Of a stretch of DNA of 64,000 bases, positions 57,187 through 64,000 are shown piece by piece. The stretch is taken from IMG/VR virus record IMGVR_UViG_3300047550_003635; one strand, 5' to 3'. Numbering within the stretch: the first letter of the stretch is position 1; each line of letters opens with the position of its first letter. Source of the stretch: a virus. A model generated the notes under the pieces. It saw only the letters and a list, made by a program, of their open reading frames with translations. It was not told the DNA's origin and ran no database searches. The position numbers and the translations under genes are program-made.

Positions 57187-58685
57187 GCAGGATAAGAAAA
57201 ATTCTGGAACAACATCGTGAGAAGGGCAGGTTCAAACCTGTTCTTCCACGAATGGTTCAGAATAACCCAGGCGTGTCACCTAGGGACGAATTCTCTCAAA
57301 ATGTTAAATCAAAAAGTAAAATGAAATACGATATTCATCAAGAGGAAAACATAAAAGAAGATTTGCGTAATTGGTTCAATCCTAATCATCCCGAAGGTGG
57401 TTGGAAAAGAATCAATAGTAAAGGTGAGGCAATTGGTCCTTGTGCAAGAGAACCAGGAGAAGCTAAACCTAAATGTATGTCAAATGCTAAACGAGCAAGT
57501 CTTACGAAAGACGAAAGAGCATCGGCAGTTAAAGCAAAAAGAAAACATGACCCTAATCCAGAAAGAAAAGGCAAACCTATAAATGTCTCTAATTATGGAA
57601 AAGGTAAATTAGGAGAAAGTATGGAACAATTAGATGAAAAAAATGCTCCAACAAACCCAAAACTTTGGGCAAGAGCAAAATCACTCGCTAGGTCTAAGTT
57701 TGATGTTTATCCATCAGCTTATGCAAATGGATGGGCAGCAAAATGGTATAAATCTAAAGGTGGTGGTTGGAAAACGATTAGTGAAGAAGTTGAAATTACT
57801 GAAATGGCAGGCGCAAATATGAATACACGCGATATTCATCATCATCTTAAAAAAACTGGTTGGAACTTATCAAGAACTGCCGGTGGACATGATGTATATA
57901 CTCATCCTAAATCAAGTGAACATATTTCAGTTCCACGTCATAAACAGTTAAAAGCACCGCTTGTTTTAGGTATTTTAAAAGCATCAAAAAAGATTCAAGA
58001 AGAAAACATTACTGAATCTGATTTACCAAAAACAACATCAAAAACCGAAAAAGTCGTGACAGTTCGACACAAAACTTCTGGTAAAGAATTATCTGTTGTT
58101 CATACTGCTGTTCCTGAATATGAAAAACGTGGATATGAACAAGTAAAAGAAGAAGTTGATGAGAACCCAATGGAAGTTCCCATTAGTGTTCGTTCATTAT
58201 ATGCAAAGACTTATGGTAAACATGCTAAAACTATAAGACATTCTGATGAAGCAAAACAAAAGGCTTATTCAGAAGTTGAGAAGAAGCATGGAAAAGATAT
58301 GATGAATCGTTTAAAGAATTATCATAATAAAAACATGCAGGAATCAAAAACAGCATCGATTGCACGTGGTATTCTTATGCGTAAACTTGATACAATGAAA
58401 TTAATCAAAGCATCAAAACCTGTGCAACCAAAAATGCCAGCAAATCCAACACCACCATTTACACCTGACCCTCCAAAAAGTAATCTTGGCGTAACTGTTG
58501 GTAAAAGACCTGCTGGTATGTCTGTTGCAAAACATTTGGCTAAAACTGCGATTAGAAATCAAATGAAAACTGAAGCTGTTTCAAAAAAAGCAGATATAGT
58601 TAAAAAAGCTGCTAAAAAAGGTAAAGAAAAGTTTATAGCTGACCCTGTTATTACACAAACTTATGTAAAAACAGAGAATAACTGA
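57183..58685 (+). CDS. Modular protein containing a HicA-like domain and other small basic modules
   Basis: Linkers IKE, MEQLDE, EEVEITE, EENITE, VKEEVDE; HicA-like LKKTGW...GGHDVYTHP...VPRH. Confidence 0.75.
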   Translation: MSRIRKILEQHREKGRFKPVLPRMVQNNPGVSPRDEFSQNVKSKSKMKYDIHQEENIKEDLRNWFNPNHPEGGWKRINSKGEAIGPCAREPGEAKPKCMSNAKRASLTKDERASAVKAKRKHDPNPERKGKPINVSNYGKGKLGESMEQLDEKNAPTNPKLWARAKSLARSKFDVYPSAYANGWAAKWYKSKGGGWKTISEEVEITEMAGANMNTRDIHHHLKKTGWNLSRTAGGHDVYTHPKSSEHISVPRHKQLKAPLVLGILKASKKIQEENITESDLPKTTSKTEKVVTVRHKTSGKELSVVHTAVPEYEKRGYEQVKEEVDENPMEVPISVRSLYAKTYGKHAKTIRHSDEAKQKAYSEVEKKHGKDMMNRLKNYHNKNMQESKTASIARGILMRKLDTMKLIKASKPVQPKMPANPTPPFTPDPPKSNLGVTVGKRPAGMSVAKHLAKTAIRNQMKTEAVSKKADIVKKAAKKGKEKFIADPVITQTYVKTENN

Positions 58686-58724
58686 TAACATAAATAATCA
58701 ATAACAATAATTAGGAGAAACACA

Positions 58725-59084
58725 ATGTCTCTATGGTCAAATACTGACGCTAACACAAGTGTGCCAAAATTCGCACCATCTTTGGTAAATCTTACAAATA
58801 CACAAGCTAATTCAAATCTTTTGTATGGTAATACAACAACAAGCGCATTTATTACAGGTGCAAACGTTGGTGTATTTGGTGTTGATACAAATGAAATGGC
58901 AAACACCGCTGCAAGTAGCGTAGCAAGTCGTCCTGCACATGCGGGTTGGGTAATCAGAACTGGTGGCACAGGTGGTCGTGCTGGTCGTGTTCAAACTGAA
59001 GTTCTTGTTGCTATGGGTTCAATGACAGGTGACGGTTCTGCTTCAGCGAACGATGACGTAATCTATCAAGATACTGCAAATTAA
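58725..59084 (+). CDS. Small probable virion protein
   Basis: CATAAATA late promoter at 58689, AGGAG SD; MSLWSNTD...HAGWV...GRVQTEVLVAM. Confidence 0.7.
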   Translation: MSLWSNTDANTSVPKFAPSLVNLTNTQANSNLLYGNTTTSAFITGANVGVFGVDTNEMANTAASSVASRPAHAGWVIRTGGTGGRAGRVQTEVLVAMGSMTGDGSASANDDVIYQDTAN

Positions 59085-59096
59085 TTTTGAAAAATA

Positions 59097-59124
59097 TTCA
59101 TAGGGTGTTTCGGCATCCTATGAA
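59097..59124 (+). terminator. UUCG-loop hairpin (12 bp, no U tract)
   Basis: TTCATAGGGTGT-TTCG-GCATCCTATGAA. Confidence 0.6.
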
Positions 59125-59146
59125 TTATTATGATTTGATTGAATAA

Positions 59147-59542
59147 ATGAATCCATTTGATGATTTGAATAATGAAAATTTCTTGTTATATGCAACAAAA
59201 GCATATGAAAAGCCAAATTGTATCATGAGCGAATTTATTGAAGATATGAAGCGATTTAATTATATAAAAAGATTATTTCGTAGATATCGTAAATATGGTG
59301 AAACTAAAGAGAGATTGGTTTTAAATCATCTTATGGTTTTATATAATGTGTTTGGACCAGAAGCAGTTTCAAGATTGTTATTTTTTAGAATGTCGAATGA
59401 AGATTATTCAGTATTAAAAACGTATATGATATTTTTAAACATTATGCCGGAAAGAATCCGAGGTATTAAAGGAAATGACATAATATCGTCAGACATTCCT
59501 GTTGACATGAAAATAGCAAATATACTCAGGGAAATAAAATGA
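59147..59542 (+). CDS. Conserved T4-like hypothetical protein
   Basis: FDDLNNENFLLYA.KAY, EF.ED.KRF.YIKRL, ERLVLNH. Confidence 0.75.
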   Translation: MNPFDDLNNENFLLYATKAYEKPNCIMSEFIEDMKRFNYIKRLFRRYRKYGETKERLVLNHLMVLYNVFGPEAVSRLLFFRMSNEDYSVLKTYMIFLNIMPERIRGIKGNDIISSDIPVDMKIANILREIK

Positions 59543-59706
59543 AGCAAAAGCTAAAAGAAGATGGTATTGCAGTAGTTCCAGCAAACAACGCAGGACAAGG
59601 TAATATTGCTGGAATTGGTGTAGGTAAACAAGGTGAACCTGGTATTAATAAAAAGAAAAAGCTAACACCTTTTATGGGATTTATTCGCAGAAAGGCACCT
59701 AATTAA
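59539..59706 (+). CDS. Small hypothetical protein (55 aa, not in ORF track)
   Basis: MKQKLKEDG...PANNAGQGNIAGIG...EPG; overlaps both neighbours. Confidence 0.6.
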   Translation: MKQKLKEDGIAVVPANNAGQGNIAGIGVGKQGEPGINKKKKLTPFMGFIRRKAPN

Positions 59707-60296
59707 TGTGGATACTGAGTTTTATTCCTTCAGAGTTATTACAAAAAGTAATTCATGGTATTGTAATATTCTCAATTCTTCTTTATGTTGGTGCATATTT
59801 TCTTGTTAGACCCTATTCGGATTTAGCTAAATTTGTTGCAATGGTATTATTAGCAGCAGGTTTATATTTTGAAGGTGGTTATTTTGTTGAAAAACAGTGG
59901 CGTGATAAAGTCGAAGAATATAAACAAAAAGTAAAAGAAGCCGAAGAAAAATCTGAGAAAGTAAATACAGTCATTCAAACTAAGTATGTTGAAAAGATAA
60001 AATATATTGATAGAGTAAAGGAAGGCAATGTTCAAATCGTTGAAAAAATTGTTACAAAGTATGATAATCTTTGCACTTTGTCTAATGCTGCAATCGTGCT
60101 CCACAACAGTGCCAGTCAAAATGTCTTGGCCCCAAGTTCCGGAACCGCTATTGAAGGAACCTCCAATGTTAAAGCCAGTGAACTCATCGGAACAGTCGTT
60201 GACAACTACTCAACCTACTACAAAGTAAAAGAGCAATTAACTGGTTGGCAAGAATGGTATAAAGAACAAAAGAAAATTTATGAGAGTGTAAAATGA
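59706..60296 (+). CDS. Inner-membrane spanin (Rz-like)
   Basis: N-terminal TM helices, coiled coil, single Cys; embedded lipoprotein ORF; near endolysin. Confidence 0.6.
   Translation: MWILSFIPSELLQKVIHGIVIFSILLYVGAYFLVRPYSDLAKFVAMVLLAAGLYFEGGYFVEKQWRDKVEEYKQKVKEAEEKSEKVNTVIQTKYVEKIKYIDRVKEGNVQIVEKIVTKYDNLCTLSNAAIVLHNSASQNVLAPSSGTAIEGTSNVKASELIGTVVDNYSTYYKVKEQLTGWQEWYKEQKKIYESVK
60028..60228 (+). CDS. Embedded outer-membrane lipoprotein spanin (Rz1-like)
   Basis: +1 frame inside the Rz-like gene; signal peptide, LQSC lipobox, Pro-rich mature part. Confidence 0.6.
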   Translation: MFKSLKKLLQSMIIFALCLMLQSCSTTVPVKMSWPQVPEPLLKEPPMLKPVNSSEQSLTTTQPTTK

Positions 60297-60553
60297 AATC
60301 ATTCGGTATTTTTATTCTTGAAGAAAGAGATTCTTTTGAATATCATTTAAATAAATTACATAAAACAGAAAAATCAATTCAAAATCATGTGAAGCGTGGT
60401 GGACATGCGAATACACAAAAGGGATATGAATTGATAGATAGATATGATAATCATCTAAAACAAATAAAACAAAAACATTATGATGATTGGAAATCTCACT
60501 GTAAAACAAAAAATATAGACCCTTTACATAGTGGAATTGATTTATATGCTTAA
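60293..60553 (+). CDS. Small His/Lys-rich protein with CTS-like N-terminus
   Basis: MKSFGIFILEE. Confidence 0.55.
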   Translation: MKSFGIFILEERDSFEYHLNKLHKTEKSIQNHVKRGGHANTQKGYELIDRYDNHLKQIKQKHYDDWKSHCKTKNIDPLHSGIDLYA

Positions 60554-60968
60554 ATTTATAATCACAGCATTTGCATTAATAAGCATTTCTGGTTGTTCAG
60601 TTATTCAACCATTTATTGATAGATTCATGATTGCACCATATGATAATAATGAATATGGTATTGTCAATAAAATAAGAACAACAGCACAGTTATCAAAAAA
60701 AGATTGCACCGATAAAAGTGTAATGAAAAATAATTCAGAATCTATTTTTTATTCAGTCAGTGAACTAAAAAATTTCAGTCAATATCTTCCTAAAAATGAC
60801 CAGACATTAAAACCTGTTTCACAACTATATACGATGGCTGAAGAATTGCATAAGAGATATCAAGCAGAAGGTAATGTGAGCAAAACATATTGTGAATTGA
60901 AACTAACATCAATCGAAGAATCATCTGAAATGATTCAAAAAGCAATAGGAAAGAGACCACGTCCATGA
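60546..60968 (+). CDS. Lipoprotein
   Basis: MLKFIITAFALISISGC lipobox; ATG at 60546. Confidence 0.7.
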   Translation: MLKFIITAFALISISGCSVIQPFIDRFMIAPYDNNEYGIVNKIRTTAQLSKKDCTDKSVMKNNSESIFYSVSELKNFSQYLPKNDQTLKPVSQLYTMAEELHKRYQAEGNVSKTYCELKLTSIEESSEMIQKAIGKRPRP

Positions 60969-61171
60969 CTATAGAACAATTAGCACTTCAAGCACAACAA
61001 CTTCAAGCAGATTTACAAGCTGGTAATATATCAAATGATGAATACAAAGAACTTGTTGCAAATATTGGTTTGATGCAGGCAATACAAAGTGAAACTGCAC
61101 AATTAGAAGAAAACATTATGTATCGTGATATTATCGTCAATGCAATCAATCTAGCATCTGCTCTAGCTTAA
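60965..61171 (+). CDS. Hypothetical protein
   Basis: ATGA-coupled ORF. Confidence 0.6.
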   Translation: MTIEQLALQAQQLQADLQAGNISNDEYKELVANIGLMQAIQSETAQLEENIMYRDIIVNAINLASALA

Positions 61172-61182
61172 AGGATAATAAC

Positions 61183-61803
61183 ATGGAATTGACTTTACAA
61201 CAATTAAAACTGCTTCTACCTAAAAATCCATATGTTGAAAATTGGCATCACGCTCTTTCAATATTATTACCTGATTATGAAATTAATACAGCAAAACGAA
61301 TTGCTGGTTTTATAGCACAATGCGCTCATGAATCTGGTGGATTTTTGTTTCTCAAAGAAAATCTCAATTATAAAGCAGAAACACTAACAAGAATCTGGCC
61401 AAAATATTTTCCACCTGATGTAGCAAGAGATTATGCATCACGCCCTAATAAACAAGAAGCAATCGCAAATCGCGCATATGCCAATCGTATGGGTAATGGT
61501 GATGAAGCATCAGGTGACGGTTACAGATTTTGTGGACGTGGTTTGATTCAATTAACTGGTCGAACAAACTATTCTTTCTTTGCAGGTTCATTGAATATAT
61601 CTGTCGAAGAAGCGTCCGAATATCTACAGACATTTGAGGGTGCTGCACAATCAGCATGTTGGTTTTGGGAAACAAATAATCTAAACAAATACGCAGACAA
61701 TGATGATATCGTTGGTATGACAAAAGTTATCAATGGTGGCACATTGGGTATTGAGGACCGTAAAAAACATTATGAACATGCGCTTCATATATTAGGTGCT
61801 TAA
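61183..61803 (+). CDS. GH19 family endolysin
   Basis: AQCAHESGG, ENLNY, GRGLIQLTGR.NY, INGG..G..DR. Confidence 0.9.
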   Translation: MELTLQQLKLLLPKNPYVENWHHALSILLPDYEINTAKRIAGFIAQCAHESGGFLFLKENLNYKAETLTRIWPKYFPPDVARDYASRPNKQEAIANRAYANRMGNGDEASGDGYRFCGRGLIQLTGRTNYSFFAGSLNISVEEASEYLQTFEGAAQSACWFWETNNLNKYADNDDIVGMTKVINGGTLGIEDRKKHYEHALHILGA

Positions 61804-62073
61804 ATGACTGACCATAAATTAGCAAAAGGTCTTTTTATACTATTGCTTATACCCGTGGGACTGGCAACATGCAGCGGAGACAGATTCCGTTATCCATGTC
61901 AAGACCCGGAAAATTGGAATAAACAAATGTGTCAACTTCCATATTGTGATGTGACAAGAACATGTCCTGAACAGATTTTCAAAGGACAACGTGACCCAAG
62001 ACAAGGTCCACCACCACCTGAAAATAATAATATAACAAAAGGAATTCCACCAACAGGAGTGAATTGCAAATGA
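61804..62073 (+). CDS. Cys-rich exported protein or lipoprotein
   Basis: Hydrophobic leader, LATC, RYPCQDP..W...C..P.C.....CP. Confidence 0.65.
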   Translation: MTDHKLAKGLFILLLIPVGLATCSGDRFRYPCQDPENWNKQMCQLPYCDVTRTCPEQIFKGQRDPRQGPPPPENNNITKGIPPTGVNCK

Positions 62074-62561
62074 GCATACTTAATTTTGCCAAACAAGAAG
62101 AAAAAGAACAAGGATATATCTATACCGATGACCAACTGATGGCAAGGTTGAGATTTTTTATTGGTATATGTCTATCTCTAACATTAACTGGTATTGTATT
62201 CGTCGTATTATATTCTTTAATTTTCGTAACACAACCACTTAATGCTATTTCACCAATTGACCAGAAATTCTTTGAATTGATTGTTCCTATCGCAACATTT
62301 TTAACGGGAACATTGTCGGGTATTATGTTAGCGGGTAATGATAAAGAAGCACAAAAGATAGCATTACAAGCAGCAAATCGTCCAACACCTGTATCACCAG
62401 CACCAGTAACACCACAAACATCGGGTCCATCAAGCAGTTGGACAGCAGCACCAATAGTGTCACTTTCAACATCAACACCTGTTGCAAGTTTTACACCACA
62501 AATTCTAACATCATCAACAGGTAAACCAATGCCTGTTCAACCACCTCAACCGGAGATTTAA
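62070..62561 (+). CDS. Two-TM membrane protein (holin candidate)
   Basis: Two hydrophobic helices + Pro/Ser/Thr tail; in lysis cluster. Confidence 0.55.
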   Translation: MSILNFAKQEEKEQGYIYTDDQLMARLRFFIGICLSLTLTGIVFVVLYSLIFVTQPLNAISPIDQKFFELIVPIATFLTGTLSGIMLAGNDKEAQKIALQAANRPTPVSPAPVTPQTSGPSSSWTAAPIVSLSTSTPVASFTPQILTSSTGKPMPVQPPQPEI

Positions 62562-62735
62562 ATGAAAAAGATTCTAACTGCTGTTTTGTTTGCTTTTCTT
62601 GCAACATCTTTTAGTGTCCAAGCTGAGACAAAAAAAGTTTGTGTAAAAGATGAAAAAACCAAAAAAGAAACATGCAAAGTAATGAAAGTTCATGAAAAAC
62701 TTGAAGGCACAAAAGTTCCTGAAAAGAAAAAATAA
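62562..62735 (+). CDS. Small secreted basic protein (57 aa, not in ORF track)
   Basis: GGAG SD; MKKILTAVLFAFLATSFSVQA signal peptide; two Cys. Confidence 0.65.
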   Translation: MKKILTAVLFAFLATSFSVQAETKKVCVKDEKTKKETCKVMKVHEKLEGTKVPEKKK

Positions 62736-63031
62736 TGACTAATAAGAACTTATCAGAAAGAATGGGTGTTGTAGAAACCAAAGTTGAAAATCTCAATGAA
62801 AAACTTGATGATTTAAAAGACCATGTTTGTGCATCGAAAGATGAATTAAAAACGCAATTGGAAAACATGGCAAAATCAGCCGAACAAGCACATGATGTTT
62901 TAACTGAAAAGATTACCGAATTAGAAAAAATAAAAGATAAATGGTTTTGGGTTTTAACGGGTGCTGTTGCTGCTATATCATGGGCAATTGGTCATTGGGG
63001 TCTATTAGTAAAGATGCTCGGAGAAGGTTGA
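62735..63031 (+). CDS. Coiled-coil protein with C-terminal TM (XhlA/holin-like topology)
   Basis: Heptad pattern followed by KWFWVLTGAVAAISWAIG. Confidence 0.55.
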   Translation: MTNKNLSERMGVVETKVENLNEKLDDLKDHVCASKDELKTQLENMAKSAEQAHDVLTEKITELEKIKDKWFWVLTGAVAAISWAIGHWGLLVKMLGEG

Positions 63032-63056
63032 TTAAGAATATGAAGTGGTGTATAAT
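63028..63056 (+). promoter_or_regulatory. Sigma70-like promoter for primase
   Basis: TTGATT-17-TATAAT. Confidence 0.55.
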
Positions 63057-63062
63057 GTTTAT

Positions 63063-64000
63063 ATGTCACTTCATATCGATATCAAATACGTCCGTCTTAT
63101 TTCTTCCCGTTTAAGAAACTTTAAACAGAAGAATAATTACCTTTTCAATTTCTCCTGTCCTTTTTGTGGAGATTCTAAAAAGAAACTCACGAAGGCAAGA
63201 GGATATGTTTTCTGTAAAAAAGGTGGTTTATTTTATACTTGCCATAATTGTGGAATGGGAACAAATGCTGGTAACCTTATCAAACACATTGATGCATCAT
63301 TACATAAAGAATACATCCTTGAACGATACAAAGCGGGTGAATCCGGTGTGTCCAATTTTAAAGCACCCACTTTTGATATCCCGTCACCAAAATTCGGAAA
63401 ACTTCAAAAACAAAAAATCTTTGAACATGCAGAATGGTGTGACAAACTGCCAAGTGGACATTTCTGTTTAAATTATCTTGAAAACAGAAAAATACCCAAA
63501 GAACAGTATAAAAATCTACTGTTCGTCAATAAATACAAGACATTCATTGATACTCTGATTCCCAATCATGGTAAAGAATTATTGAACGATGCTCGTTTGG
63601 TTATTCCTTTTTATGATGAAAATGATGAATTGATTGCTATGTCTGGTAGAGCATTAGAAACAAGTGATTTTAAATTGAAATATATAACTGTTCGCATGAA
63701 AGAAAGTGAAAAGAAATTGATTTTTGGCATGAACACAGTCAACACAAAACTCCCCGTAAAAATCGTTGAAGGTCCAATCGATAGTATGTTCCTGAGTAAT
63801 TGTATTGCATCAAGTGATTCAAATCTTGAAGGAACTGCAAAAGCAATTTATGCTGAAAATAAAATATTAATCTATGACAATGAAAAAAGAAATAAAGAAA
63901 TTGTTGGATTGATGAAGAAAGCTATCAAACATGAAAACAATGTTGTTATTTGGCCAGATGATATTCCATATAAAGATATCAATGAAATGGTTCAGAACGG
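63063..64000 (+). CDS. gp61: DNA primase, truncated at window end (not in ORF track)
   Basis: NFSCPFCGDS, CHNCG zinc finger, RLVIPF, VEGPIDSMF, YDNE, KDINEM. Confidence 0.93.
   Translation, partial: MSLHIDIKYVRLISSRLRNFKQKNNYLFNFSCPFCGDSKKKLTKARGYVFCKKGGLFYTCHNCGMGTNAGNLIKHIDASLHKEYILERYKAGESGVSNFKAPTFDIPSPKFGKLQKQKIFEHAEWCDKLPSGHFCLNYLENRKIPKEQYKNLLFVNKYKTFIDTLIPNHGKELLNDARLVIPFYDENDELIAMSGRALETSDFKLKYITVRMKESEKKLIFGMNTVNTKLPVKIVEGPIDSMFLSNCIASSDSNLEGTAKAIYAENKILIYDNEKRNKEIVGLMKKAIKHENNVVIWPDDIPYKDINEMVQN

Noticed and set aside
536-62868. Many 60-140 aa minus-strand ORFs in the track
   Set aside because: They lie antisense to well-supported + strand genes, lack recognisable motifs, and look like codon-bias shadows
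63166-63471. 101-aa ORF in the track
   Set aside because: Out-of-frame shadow within the primase gene that starts at 63063 and runs off the window
1-64000. Stop-codon reassignment, introns, inteins, tRNA genes
   Set aside because: Core genes are full length in the standard code and TAA, TGA and TAG all end genes; gp17, gp41 and gp43 have normal sizes; no cloverleaf seen in the short intergenic gaps

Overview
64 kb of an AT-rich T4-like myophage genome (cyanophage/pelagiphage-type gene order). Spanin-like lysis genes suggest a Gram-negative host. Nearly all genes are on the + strand. Order: a glycan sulfation/methylation cassette; neck-terminase-tail-head genes (gp13-gp23, gp3) with dps inserted between the terminase subunits; uvsY/uvsW/gp55/gp47/gp46; peptide deformylase; a GT-B + TAGT/GREB1-like glycosyltransferase + UDP-xylose synthase cassette; a vWA/CobS pair; the replisome (gp1, gp45, gp44, gp62, regA, gp43, uvsX, gp41) with hsp20; a 16 kb late accessory region; a lysis cassette (GH19 endolysin, Rz-like gene with embedded Rz1-like gene); and the start of primase gp61. 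Best candidates for undescribed systems: (1) capsid-targeted, His/Lys-rich polyproteins whose modules are separated by repeated EEVEQIDE prohead-protease-type linkers; this cargo set includes HicA-like, ligase-like, HAD phosphatase, P-loop kinase and nucleotidyltransferase domains; (2) a small-residue-Asn-(T/V/A) motif concentrated in exposed virion proteins, together with several glycosyl/methyl/sulfo-transferase cassettes, suggesting phage-encoded virion glycosylation; (3) possible xylosylation of DNA or protein. Also seen: strong GATC avoidance, late-promoter hairpins that occlude ribosome binding sites, a ROSE-like thermometer before hsp20, an antisense sigma70 promoter and a nested gene. 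All assignments come from motif recognition and synteny by eye; no searches were run.
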